This document shows positions 1 to 8,821 of a DNA stretch of 27,553 bases, in pieces. Origin of the DNA: Patescibacteria group bacterium (GTDB lineage Bacteria > Patescibacteriota > Minisyncoccia > UBA6257 > HR35); the NCBI GenBank assembly GCA_030549845.1, contig JAUQQN010000006.1:1-27553 (forward strand). The letters run 5' to 3'. The notes under the pieces were generated by a model. The model searched no databases. It was not told the DNA's origin and saw only the letters and a program-made list of their open reading frames with translations. A program made the translations under genes and the position numbers. The first letter of the stretch is position 1; each line of letters opens with the position of its first letter.

Positions 1-202
1 GTTTTAGCCATTTTCCTACCTTATCATACTTATATCTTCCTATAATCTTGTTATTATCTTCTTTTTTAAGTTCTATAGTTATAGGATAATTAGCTATTTT
101 TGCTTTATATGATGTTTGGGAGAAAGAAGGGTTAAGGGGTAGAGGAGTTATAAAAAGAATAAGTAAGATGAGGTAGAGAAATAATTTTTCTATTTGCTTC
201 AT
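1..202 (-). CDS. hypothetical secreted protein, N-terminal part only (gene runs off the left edge)
   Basis: The reverse strand has an ATG at 202-200. The translation MKQIEKLFLYLILLILFITPLPLNPSFSQTSYKAKIANYPITIELKKEDNNKIIGRYKYDKVGKWLK stays open to position 1. The N-terminus is hydrophobic and signal-peptide-like. The ORF is absent from the track, presumably because there is no stop in the window. Confidence 0.4.
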   Translation of the reverse strand, partial: MKQIEKLFLYLILLILFITPLPLNPSFSQTSYKAKIANYPITIELKKEDNNKIIGRYKYDKVGKWLK

Positions 203-250
203 TGATATAAGGTTTGATTTAAATAATTTATAATATTATATCAAAATAAG

Positions 251-1372
251 ATGAAGATCGAGAACATACAAGTAAATAAAATCCTTGACTCAAGAGGAGA
301 ATGGACTATTGAAGTAGAAGTTGAAAGTGAAGGAATAAAAGAAAAAGCCTCAATTCCTTCAGGAAAAAGTCGGGGAAGTTATGAAGCAATTTGTTTAGAT
401 TATGAAACAATTCAAAAAAATCTGCCATATTTTTTAAAGGAAATTGAAAATATAGACTTTGATTCCTCTCAAAGATTTGATGAATTTTTAATTGAAAGAG
501 CAGGGAAGAATAAAGAAAAATTAGGAGCAAATTTTGTTTTAGGACTTTCGATCGCTTTCGCACGAATAATAGCAAAAAAAGAAAACTTAGAACTTTGGAA
601 GTATCTAAAAAAAGAATATTTTGAAAAAACAAATACTTTTTTGAGAGAAGGTAATAAGTTAATAATTAATACAATTGGAGGAGGAGTGCATTCTTTTAAT
701 AATTTAGATATCCAAGAATATTGGTTGGTAAGTAAAGAAAAATTTTCAGAAAATTTAATAAATATTATTTTAAATACTATTAAAACATTAGAAGAAAAAT
801 TACCAAAGCCTCTCGGGAAAAATGATGAAGGAGCTTTTTGTACTGATTTTAAAGATAATTATGAACCATTCATTTATTTAAGTCAATTTGAAGAAGATTT
901 TGAACTTGGCGCAGATATTGCAGCTAATCAAATCAATAAAAAATTTGATTGGAATAAAGTATATGAAAGCCTGAAAAAATTAAATGTCATTTATTTAGAA
1001 GACCCATATAAAGAAGACGAATTTGAAAATTTTACGAACCTCAGATTTAAAGGTTTTAAAGTAATTGGCGATGATCTCACAGTCACAAATGTAGAAAGAT
1101 TAAAGATTGCAATAGAAAAGAAATCTATTGATGGAGTAATTGTAAAACCTAATCAGATAGGTACAATAAAAGAAACTTTTGATTTTGTTAAATTAGCAAA
1201 AGATAATAACTTATTTACGATTTTTTCACACCGAAGTGGGGAAACTAATGATAATTGGATAATAGATTTAGGGGTTGCTTTTGATACAGATTATTTTAAA
1301 ATAGGTGTCCCAATGCAAGGTGAAAGAGTTTCAAAATGGAATAGATTAATGGAAATTTTTAAAAATGGATAA
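251..1372 (+). CDS. eno: enolase (phosphopyruvate hydratase), compact 373-aa form
   Basis: The N-terminus ILDSRGEWTIEVEV...IPSGKSRGSYEA matches the enolase pattern ILDSRGNPTVEV...PSGASTGxxEA. Other enolase motifs are QEYW (QEFM), NDEGAF (DEGGF), YLEDPYKEDEF, VIGDDLTVTN, VKPNQIGT and SHRSGETND. The protein is about 55 aa shorter than typical enolases. Confidence 0.85.
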   Translation: MKIENIQVNKILDSRGEWTIEVEVESEGIKEKASIPSGKSRGSYEAICLDYETIQKNLPYFLKEIENIDFDSSQRFDEFLIERAGKNKEKLGANFVLGLSIAFARIIAKKENLELWKYLKKEYFEKTNTFLREGNKLIINTIGGGVHSFNNLDIQEYWLVSKEKFSENLINIILNTIKTLEEKLPKPLGKNDEGAFCTDFKDNYEPFIYLSQFEEDFELGADIAANQINKKFDWNKVYESLKKLNVIYLEDPYKEDEFENFTNLRFKGFKVIGDDLTVTNVERLKIAIEKKSIDGVIVKPNQIGTIKETFDFVKLAKDNNLFTIFSHRSGETNDNWIIDLGVAFDTDYFKIGVPMQGERVSKWNRLMEIFKNG

Positions 1373-1958
1373 AGAATTAGCCAAGCAAATTTTTGAAGAA
1401 TTATATAAAGAAATAGACGGCATTAGCATTTCTCTGAATGAAAGAAATGCTCTTAATATTTCAAGCAAGGAATTTGTTTACGGAGAAATAAACTTTGATT
1501 CATTTATAGAGATAGTTGATAAAGTAAAACCCAAAGAAGATGATATTTTTTATGACCTAGGATCTGGTACTGGAAAACCTTGTATTGCTATAAGTTTGGT
1601 GTATAAAATTAAAAAAGCTGTTGGCATAGAACTTTTGAACAACCTTTGGGAAACTTCAAATAAAATTTTGAAGAAACTCCGGGAAGAAATTAGAAATCCT
1701 TTAGAAATAGAGTTTAGACGAGGCAATATATTGGAGGAAGATTTTAGTGATGGAACAATAATATTTTCTCATGCAACATGCTTTGAGGATCAAACAATGG
1801 AAAAATTAGAAAAAAAATTACAATCACTAAAAAAAGGAGCAAGAATTATTTTGATTACAAAAAAACTAAAAGGAGATGAATTTGAACTAATAGACGAAGG
1901 CGAAAAAAGAATGTCTTGGGGATATGCAACTTATAGAATATACAAAAAAATAAAGTAA
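1365..1958 (+). CDS. DOT1-like class I SAM-dependent methyltransferase
   Basis: VYGEINFDSFIEIVDKVKPKEDDIFYDLGSGTGKPCIAISL...AVGIE and ...EFRRGNILEEDFSDGTIIFSHATCF...LKKGARII parallel the Dot1 pattern YGETSFDL...DDLFVDLGSGVGQVV...GVE...ERGDFLSEE...VIFVNNFAF...MKEGGRIV. The ATG overlaps the eno stop (ATGGATAA, 8-nt overlap). Confidence 0.65.
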   Translation: MDKELAKQIFEELYKEIDGISISLNERNALNISSKEFVYGEINFDSFIEIVDKVKPKEDDIFYDLGSGTGKPCIAISLVYKIKKAVGIELLNNLWETSNKILKKLREEIRNPLEIEFRRGNILEEDFSDGTIIFSHATCFEDQTMEKLEKKLQSLKKGARIILITKKLKGDEFELIDEGEKRMSWGYATYRIYKKIK

Positions 1959-1973
1959 AATTTAATAAAAGCA

Positions 1974-3650
1974 ATGTTTATTCAATTTTCTATAATCTTT
2001 TTAATTACACTTTTATTAACATTAGTTTTTAAAAAAATCAATCAGCCTTTGATTGTAGGTTATATTATTGCCGGAATTTTATTAGGTAATTTGTTTGTAA
2101 ACTCTGCTGATTTTAAAAATTTAATAAATTTTATGGCAGAATTAGGTGTTGCGCTGATGTTATTCATAGTAGGACTTGAGTTAAAGCTTAAGAATTTAAA
2201 AGAAATAGGAAAACTGTCTTTGGTTATAGGTATATTACAAGAGGTTCTGACAATAATTTCAGGAGTAATTTTGGCTTATCTTTTAGGTTTTAATTTAATT
2301 GAATCCATATATTTGGGATTGGCTCTTTCTTTTAGTAGCACAATTCTGATGGTAAAGTTAATTTCAGATAAAGGAGATTTAGAAAAATTTTATGGGAAAT
2401 TAGCTGTTGGATTTTTGATAGTACAAGATTTAATAACCATTTTAATTTTACTTACCTTACCATTCTTTAGTTTAAGTGAAATAACAACTTCACCTCATAA
2501 GTTTTTAATCGGCCTTTGTTTGATCTTTATAATACCAGTAGTTTCGTATAGATTTTTACCTAAATCAGAAAAATTTTTAGCAGAAACCCCTGAGCTTTTA
2601 TTTACTTTTGCAATTACTTTTGCATTAATAATATCTTCTATTTTCAAACAATTATCTTTAGGAATAGAAATAGGAGCTCTTATTGCAGGAGTGTCTCTTT
2701 CATCTTTAAAAATAAGCACAGAGATAGCTTCAAAATTAAAGCCTGTTAGAGATTTTTTCCTTATTTTATTTTTTGTTTATTTAGGTTCTAATGTTTTTGT
2801 ATCATATTTAGACGATATTTTAATAAAAGCTATAATCCTGTCTTTGTTTGTTTTAATTTTCAACCCTATAATAATGTGGCTAATAATTTCTCCTTTAAAA
2901 ATTTCTAAAAAAAGTGCATTTTTGCTAAGTTTGACTTCAGGCCAAATAAGTGAATTTTCGTTTATCTTAATAAATTTAGGGGTAGCACTATCTCACATTA
3001 ATAAAGAATTTATTTCCTTAATTTCTTTAATAGGAATAATTACATTTTTAGGTTCAACATATCTCTTCTCAAAAGGAGAAGAAATTTATGAAAAAAGCAA
3101 AAGATTTATTCCTTATAAAGAAAAACCAGAGATTTTTGAAATTGTACAAAAACCATTTGAAATAATTCTTTTTGGCTGTGATAGAATCGGCTACAGTTTT
3201 TTAAAAATTTTTTCAAATACTAAAGAAAAATTACTAATTGTTGATTATAATCTTGAAAAAATTAATGAAATAGAAAACTTAGGTTTTAATGCTTTATATG
3301 GAGATGCTAGTGAAATTGAATTTTTGAATGCACTAAATTTGCAAAATGCAAAGTTAGTTATTTCTACTATTCCAGATTTTCAGACTAATTTTCTTATTTT
3401 GGAAGAATTTAAAAAGAAAAATGAAAATGGAGTTTTTATATGTACATCTTATAAAGTAGAAGATGCTTTAAGGCTTTATGAATCAGGAGCTGATTATGTA
3501 ATTACACCTCATTTTCTTGGAGGAGAACATGCAAGTCATATTGTAGAAGATTTTATGTTTAATAAAAAAGAATATGAAAAAATTAAAGAGGCCGAAATTA
3601 ATAAACTAAAAGAAAGAGCCAAATTGGGGCACCAACATCCTATTAGTTAA
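1974..3650 (+). CDS. monovalent cation:proton antiporter (CPA2/Kef-type) with C-terminal RCK/TrkA-N domain
   Basis: About 370 aa of multi-span membrane domain typical of Na+/H+ exchanger-family proteins. This is followed by a Rossmann-like IILFGCDRIGYSF...LIVDYN...GDAS segment, which fits a TrkA-N/RCK fold. Confidence 0.8.
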   Translation: MFIQFSIIFLITLLLTLVFKKINQPLIVGYIIAGILLGNLFVNSADFKNLINFMAELGVALMLFIVGLELKLKNLKEIGKLSLVIGILQEVLTIISGVILAYLLGFNLIESIYLGLALSFSSTILMVKLISDKGDLEKFYGKLAVGFLIVQDLITILILLTLPFFSLSEITTSPHKFLIGLCLIFIIPVVSYRFLPKSEKFLAETPELLFTFAITFALIISSIFKQLSLGIEIGALIAGVSLSSLKISTEIASKLKPVRDFFLILFFVYLGSNVFVSYLDDILIKAIILSLFVLIFNPIIMWLIISPLKISKKSAFLLSLTSGQISEFSFILINLGVALSHINKEFISLISLIGIITFLGSTYLFSKGEEIYEKSKRFIPYKEKPEIFEIVQKPFEIILFGCDRIGYSFLKIFSNTKEKLLIVDYNLEKINEIENLGFNALYGDASEIEFLNALNLQNAKLVISTIPDFQTNFLILEEFKKKNENGVFICTSYKVEDALRLYESGADYVITPHFLGGEHASHIVEDFMFNKKEYEKIKEAEINKLKERAKLGHQHPIS

Positions 3651-3652
3651 AT

Positions 3653-4603
3653 ATGATAGAAAAAATCAGAGAGTTTTTAAATCAATTTTCTTTTGAGCCC
3701 TATATAGAAAATAAAGAGAATTTTAATGAATTATCAAAATTTGTAATTTGTGGAATGGGTGGATCACACTTAGCAGGTGATTTTTTGAAATTTTTATTTC
3801 CGGAAATTGATTTATTAATTCATAGAAACTACAATCTACCCTTAATTAAAGATTTAAAAGAAAGAACTATTATAGTAATTTCTTTTTCAGGGAATACAGA
3901 GGAGACTATATCCTCTTTTAATGAAGCAATAAGTAAAGGACTTAATCTTATAATCATTTCTCAAAATGGAAAAATTTTGGAATTAGCAAAAGAAAGGCAT
4001 ATTCCATATATTAAACTTCCTGAGGATGATATTCCACCAAGGTTAGGAGTAGGGTATATGCTAAAAGCTTTATTTCATATTTTGCATTATGAAATTGATT
4101 TAGAAAATATAAAAAAAGAAGTTAATATTTTAGAGATTGAAGCAAAATCTCAGAAATTGTTAGAAGAATTAAATAATAGGATACCATTAATATATTCTCC
4201 CGAAGAAATATATCCTTTAGCTTACTTCTGGAAAATTGCTTTTAATGAAAATTCAAAAGAGTTAGCTTTTGCAAACTCATTGCCAGAAATTTGCCACAAT
4301 GAAATAGAATTTTTAGAAAATAGTCAAAGATTAAAGAAGATAAAATTTTTTGTAATATTTTTAAATGCTGCTGACTTAGTAGATAAAAGAAATATAAAAA
4401 GAATGGAGATTATTAGTAATATTTTAGAAGAAAATAAAATACCATTTGAAATAATAAATTTTAAAGGAGAAGACAAGTTTATAATCACTATTAAAAATAT
4501 TTTGCTAGCACTATTTACAACTTATTATCACTCAATAAATAATAATATTGATCCAGTTAAAGTTAATTTGATAGATAGAATAAAAAAAGAAATAGGAAAG
4601 TAA
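3653..4603 (+). CDS. bifunctional phosphoglucose/phosphomannose isomerase family protein (SIS domain)
   Basis: The protein is 316 aa. ICGMGGSHLAGDF and VISFSGNTEETI are SIS-domain signatures, and the size and layout fit the short archaeal-type PGI/PMI family. The ATG lies 2 nt after the upstream stop. Confidence 0.7.
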   Translation: MIEKIREFLNQFSFEPYIENKENFNELSKFVICGMGGSHLAGDFLKFLFPEIDLLIHRNYNLPLIKDLKERTIIVISFSGNTEETISSFNEAISKGLNLIIISQNGKILELAKERHIPYIKLPEDDIPPRLGVGYMLKALFHILHYEIDLENIKKEVNILEIEAKSQKLLEELNNRIPLIYSPEEIYPLAYFWKIAFNENSKELAFANSLPEICHNEIEFLENSQRLKKIKFFVIFLNAADLVDKRNIKRMEIISNILEENKIPFEIINFKGEDKFIITIKNILLALFTTYYHSINNNIDPVKVNLIDRIKKEIGK

Positions 4604-4611
4604 ATTTCTAG

Positions 4612-5922
4612 TTAACTAAAATTTTTTCTTAAGCCCTCTAAATACTTCTTTAAATCACCTTCTTCTATGAAATCAATAAATCCTTTTTCATATTCTAAAT
4701 TTCTTTCATCAGATAAAAATTCTAAAAATAACTCTTTAGATTTTGCCGGTAAATGATGAGCGCCGCCAAGATAATAAATCAATTGCTTATAGAACCAGTC
4801 TCTTTTTTCTAGGAATTTTTTTAAGATTTCTAAATTTATTTCCTTAAAAACTTCTAATAAATAAAATAGTAAAAGTAAAATTTCTGCTTTAAAATGATCT
4901 CTTAATCTTAGCCCATAAATATTTGAGGGTAGTTTGTAATCCGGTAATTTATATTTCTTTTTCATCTCTTGCTCAAATTCCATAATAAATTGATTCATAA
5001 AATTAATTGGATAGAACTTATCTTTTTCTTCGCCAATCACAAGATTAGTTAATTGAAAAGGCCCAAAAGAAGGCACAATATCATAAATAGAAGGAATTGA
5101 GGTTATAAATCTTAATCCATATTTTCTTAATAGGTACTCCAACATTTTTCTATTAATTTCTTTATCCTTACTTATATTGGAAATTTCATTTAAAATTAAA
5201 GCCAATAAAAGGTTAACAAAGTAATTTAAAAATTTTTCATCTCCTAAAATTTGAAATGTTAAATTTCTTTTCTCTTCATCAAATTTAAATCTTTCATTTT
5301 CTAATAATTCTTCTAATTTTAATGTAAAGAAAACTTCTAGAATACAAAATTTTAAATATGTTTTAAACTCCTCAATATCTTTAATGTATCCTTTAGGTAG
5401 TTCTTCGTATTCATTCATTAGTATTTCTTTAAATTTTCTAAATTCTAAAATTTTTTCTTCTTTCTCTTTTCTATTTCCTTTCAGCTTTTCTTCCACTAAA
5501 TTTATTTTTTCTTCCCATAGATTATCAATAACAAATGCTTCTAAACCTTTCTCAATCTCCATTAAATAATATTTTGTTAAATCAGAGATTTCTTTATTTT
5601 TAAGATATTCATTTATCTCTTTTGCAAGATCAGAATAATCTAATTGGGCATTATTGTTTTCTAAATTTAGAAGACGTTTATTTATCTCTGATAATTTTTC
5701 TTCTAAAAGGATAGCTTCTTTTTTTTCTTCTTCTGCTTCCTCTTTTGTCTTTTTAATTATTCTCGGAAGTAATTTATAACCTAAAACTCCTAATAAAGCT
5801 AATACTACCAATGTTAAAAATTCTCTTCTAGTGATTCTCTTTTTATCTTCTCCACCTTCAGTTTTTCCCCCTCTACTTTCAATTTTCTCTTTCCTATTTC
5901 CAGGTTGTTTTCTTATTTCCAT
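4612..5922 (-). CDS. hypothetical membrane-anchored protein with twin-arginine-like N-terminus and coiled-coil region
   Basis: A long ORF of 436 aa. It has a charged N-region, then ITRREFLTLVVLALLGVLG (S/T-R-R-x-F-L followed by a hydrophobic helix). A Glu/Lys-rich helical stretch and a C-terminal globular part follow. I recognise no family. Confidence 0.6.
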   Translation of the reverse strand: MEIRKQPGNRKEKIESRGGKTEGGEDKKRITRREFLTLVVLALLGVLGYKLLPRIIKKTKEEAEEEKKEAILLEEKLSEINKRLLNLENNNAQLDYSDLAKEINEYLKNKEISDLTKYYLMEIEKGLEAFVIDNLWEEKINLVEEKLKGNRKEKEEKILEFRKFKEILMNEYEELPKGYIKDIEEFKTYLKFCILEVFFTLKLEELLENERFKFDEEKRNLTFQILGDEKFLNYFVNLLLALILNEISNISKDKEINRKMLEYLLRKYGLRFITSIPSIYDIVPSFGPFQLTNLVIGEEKDKFYPINFMNQFIMEFEQEMKKKYKLPDYKLPSNIYGLRLRDHFKAEILLLLFYLLEVFKEINLEILKKFLEKRDWFYKQLIYYLGGAHHLPAKSKELFLEFLSDERNLEYEKGFIDFIEEGDLKKYLEGLRKNFS

Positions 5923-5987
5923 TCTAATTTTAAAATTATAATAAAGTTTTTTAATTAAATTTCATTTATGATTATTTTTATATTTTT

Positions 5988-5996
5988 TGTTATAAA
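5988..5996 (+). promoter_or_regulatory. extended -10 promoter element (TGtTATAAA) for rsmI, probable leaderless transcript
   Basis: TGTTATAAA ends 6 nt before the rsmI ATG at 6003, and there is no SD in between. Confidence 0.45.
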
Positions 5997-6002
5997 TAGA
6001 TT

Positions 6003-6668
6003 ATGGGCAATCTTTATGTCGTTCCTACTCCTATTGGAAACTTAAAAGATATAACTTTAAGAGCTATAGAAACTTTAAAATCTGTAGATTACATCATTTG
6101 CGAAGATACAAGAAGAGCAAAAATATTATTAAATTATTATGGAATAAAAAATAAAAAGCTTTTATCATACTTTGCCCCCCATGAGGAAAAGAAAATTCCC
6201 CAAATATTAAAAATTTTAGAAAAAGAAAGGGTTGCTTTAATCACAGACTCTGGAATGCCAGCAATTTCTGATCCTGGTTATAAATTAATAAAAGCTTGTT
6301 TAGAGAAAAGTATAACTATTGAAGTTTTACCGGGTCCATCAGCATTTTTGACAGCACTAGTAGGTTCAGGGCTTCCAACTGATAGATTTTTATTTTTAGG
6401 CTTTTTACCCAAAAAGGGGTTGCAAAATTTTTTAAAAGAATATTTAAACCTAGATTGTACTATAATATTTTATGAATCGCCAAAAAGAATCTTGAAAACT
6501 TTGGAAGTTATAGATCAAATTTTAGAAAAAGCTCAAATTGTTATTGCTAAGGAAATTTCAAAACTTCATGAAGAATACATAAGAGGGGACTTGAAGGAAA
6601 TAAAAGAAATTTTAAAAAATAAAAAATTAAAAGGAGAAATTACAGTTATAATAAGGAAATTAAAATAA
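6003..6668 (+). CDS. rsmI: 16S rRNA (cytidine1402-2'-O)-methyltransferase
   Basis: LYVVPTPIGNLKDITLRAIETLKSVDYIICEDTRRAKILLNYYGI, ITDSGMPAISDPGYKLI and IFYESPKRI are characteristic of the RsmI / tetrapyrrole-methylase fold. Confidence 0.9.
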   Translation: MGNLYVVPTPIGNLKDITLRAIETLKSVDYIICEDTRRAKILLNYYGIKNKKLLSYFAPHEEKKIPQILKILEKERVALITDSGMPAISDPGYKLIKACLEKSITIEVLPGPSAFLTALVGSGLPTDRFLFLGFLPKKGLQNFLKEYLNLDCTIIFYESPKRILKTLEVIDQILEKAQIVIAKEISKLHEEYIRGDLKEIKEILKNKKLKGEITVIIRKLK

Positions 6669-6669
6669 A

Positions 6670-7968
6670 ATGAATTTTTTTAAAAGATTTTTCTTCCAAG
6701 AAGATCAAAAACCACCCGGGTCTATTTCTAAAGAAATTATTGAAAAGATAAAGAAATATTTTCGTGAAAGTGCTTTTTATCCTGATTTTGTAAACCTAAT
6801 ATTTTATTATCAATATTTTTATGAAAAACTTTTCAAAAATTATATTTGGCCAAATTATATAGAAAAGAAAATAAAAGAAATCGCCAAAGAACCTGTATTT
6901 CTTGAATTGGGGGCATATATAAGCCGAAATAAAGATTTGATTCCCCCTGAATATCAATCAAGATATATAATTTCTGATATAAATTTCGAAGTATTAAAAG
7001 AAAATCCAAAAGAGTACCCCAGGATTGTTTTAGATTTCGGAAATATCCCCTTTAAAGAAAATACCCTTCCTTTCTTATTAGGGATAAATGTTTTTAGTCA
7101 TATATTAGGCCTTGGTAACTTAGAAGAAATTAAAAGAGTTATAGAAAGAAATGGGCGGTGTATTTTTATTGAAGATTTAGCCTTATATGCTCCAGGTGCT
7201 TCTTTGTTTTTTGAAAAATTAAATAAAAAAAATTATTATTTATTTGACCCTTCAGACTACAAAATCAAAATTTTTCTACTTGATGAAAACAAACTCCACT
7301 ATTTAAAAGAAAGCCTTGAAAATTTTTTTAGAAACCAAATCGATATCAAAAAATTTATCGAAGAAATAAAAAATCTTGAAATAACAAACCAAGAAATTAA
7401 TCAACTAAAAGATGGTCTCATTTCAAAATTAGGAGAATTTCAAATTTTAATTGAAAATAACATATATATAGAAAATCCTATAGTATTTTCTGCACAACTT
7501 CTTGATCTAACTATTTTTATTAATAAATTTTTAAACTCTTTAGCAGAGTCATCTAAAGAGAAAATATCACATATTAGAGATTCTTTTTATAACTTCCTAA
7601 TACTTTTACGAAAATTAATTTCAGAATATAGTGAAACAATTATTTCTAATTGGCAAGATTTTATCAGCTCAAAAGAACTCCAACTTGTTTTTGAATCTTT
7701 AAAATTAAAAGTCTATTATGAAATTGTAGAAATGGAAAGTAATAGAGAGGAAATATTCAATTTTCAAAACAGGATTTTGCAGAATATTAACCAAAAAATG
7801 CTCACACAAAGCTATCCAGATTGGGGAAAATTCGTTGAATCAAGAAATCATTTACTGAATGGATTTGGTTTAGAAATAGGAGTAAATGGCGAAAGCTTTA
7901 ATTTTGAGACTGGGTCCATTAAATATAAGGCATTAATTATTACAATCGAAAAAGCTCCTGATTCTTGA
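6670..7968 (+). CDS. hypothetical protein with degenerate class I methyltransferase-like N-domain plus unknown helical C-domain
   Basis: The ATG is 1 nt after the rsmI stop. The order VFLELGAY / YIISDIN / LDFGNIPFKENTLPFLLGINVFSHI / GRCIFIED resembles MTase motifs I, II, IV and post-IV, but without the GxGxG glycines. About 230 aa of C-terminal sequence is unassigned. Confidence 0.6.
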   Translation: MNFFKRFFFQEDQKPPGSISKEIIEKIKKYFRESAFYPDFVNLIFYYQYFYEKLFKNYIWPNYIEKKIKEIAKEPVFLELGAYISRNKDLIPPEYQSRYIISDINFEVLKENPKEYPRIVLDFGNIPFKENTLPFLLGINVFSHILGLGNLEEIKRVIERNGRCIFIEDLALYAPGASLFFEKLNKKNYYLFDPSDYKIKIFLLDENKLHYLKESLENFFRNQIDIKKFIEEIKNLEITNQEINQLKDGLISKLGEFQILIENNIYIENPIVFSAQLLDLTIFINKFLNSLAESSKEKISHIRDSFYNFLILLRKLISEYSETIISNWQDFISSKELQLVFESLKLKVYYEIVEMESNREEIFNFQNRILQNINQKMLTQSYPDWGKFVESRNHLLNGFGLEIGVNGESFNFETGSIKYKALIITIEKAPDS

Positions 7969-8037
7969 AAATATATGATACAATAAACATTCTAATCAAA
8001 AAATAAAAATCAAAAATTTGCAATTTTAAATCTTAAA

Positions 8038-8775
8038 TTAACTAATTAATCTATGATATAAATTGATTAATTGGGGAAATGAAAGTTGATGTGGTTTTTT
8101 GGCTAAAATCTCTTTATCTACTTTAGATAAATCGAAGTTTTTTAAATTATTTTTTAAATTTTTATTGGGATATTGGAAAATTTTTTTTAGAAAATTTTCG
8201 TAACTTTTATAATCATCGATTAAAGGCTTTTTGTAAAAGACAAACTTTATTGCGATTGAGTCAACCCTTGGAGTAGGGAAGAAGTTATTTCTTTTGATCA
8301 CAAGCAATTTTTTAATTTTACTCCATATGTTAATCCAAGAATGTAAAAAATTGTTTCCATCTTTACCTAAAATTTTTTCGCCATACTCCTTTTGCATAGT
8401 CAAAACAGCAATTTGGGGATGTTCATCTTTGGAAAAAATTTTTCGAATAATTTCTCCTGTTATCGAATATGGGATATTTCCAATTAAGTAATAATTGTTT
8501 TTAAAAACCGACAGATCTGCTTTTAAAAAATCTTCATTTATGATTTCAGCACTTTTAAATCGAGATTTTAAAATTTTAGCTAAATCTCTATCAATTTCAT
8601 AAATAATAAGTTTTTTAGCATCTAATAAATATTTCGAAAGCTCTCCATGACCTCCGCCGATTTCAATTACTATCTTATTGTGGATATCTCCTAAAGAATC
8701 AGCTAAAAATCTTAAAATTTTTGTATTTTTTAAAAAGTGCTGACCCCATTTTTTGGTTTTATTTTGTTTTTTCAT
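8038..8775 (-). CDS. rsmA: 16S rRNA (adenine1518/1519-N6)-dimethyltransferase
   Basis: KKWGQHFLKN...VIEIGGGHGELSKYL...LIGNIPYSITGEII...FFPTPRVDS are KsgA/Erm-family signatures. Confidence 0.9.
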   Translation of the reverse strand: MKKQNKTKKWGQHFLKNTKILRFLADSLGDIHNKIVIEIGGGHGELSKYLLDAKKLIIYEIDRDLAKILKSRFKSAEIINEDFLKADLSVFKNNYYLIGNIPYSITGEIIRKIFSKDEHPQIAVLTMQKEYGEKILGKDGNNFLHSWINIWSKIKKLLVIKRNNFFPTPRVDSIAIKFVFYKKPLIDDYKSYENFLKKIFQYPNKNLKNNLKNFDLSKVDKEILAKKPHQLSFPQLINLYHRLIS

Positions 8776-8821
8776 GTTATAATTATAAATACTAGGTCGA
8801 ATTTGAGTATAAGAAAAGAAA

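Noticed and set aside
306-632. Track ORFs antisense to confidently assigned genes: 306-632, 2495-2719, 5384-5569, 8294-8491, 12303-12572, 13451-13714, 18658-18861, 19432-19674, 19966-20274, 21726-21926, 23997-24389 and 24401-24613.
   Set aside because: Each lies wholly inside a longer ORF on the opposite strand that has clear family motifs or a far longer open frame. Their translations are low-complexity (F/L/S/I/K-rich), as expected from antisense reading of AT-rich coding DNA.
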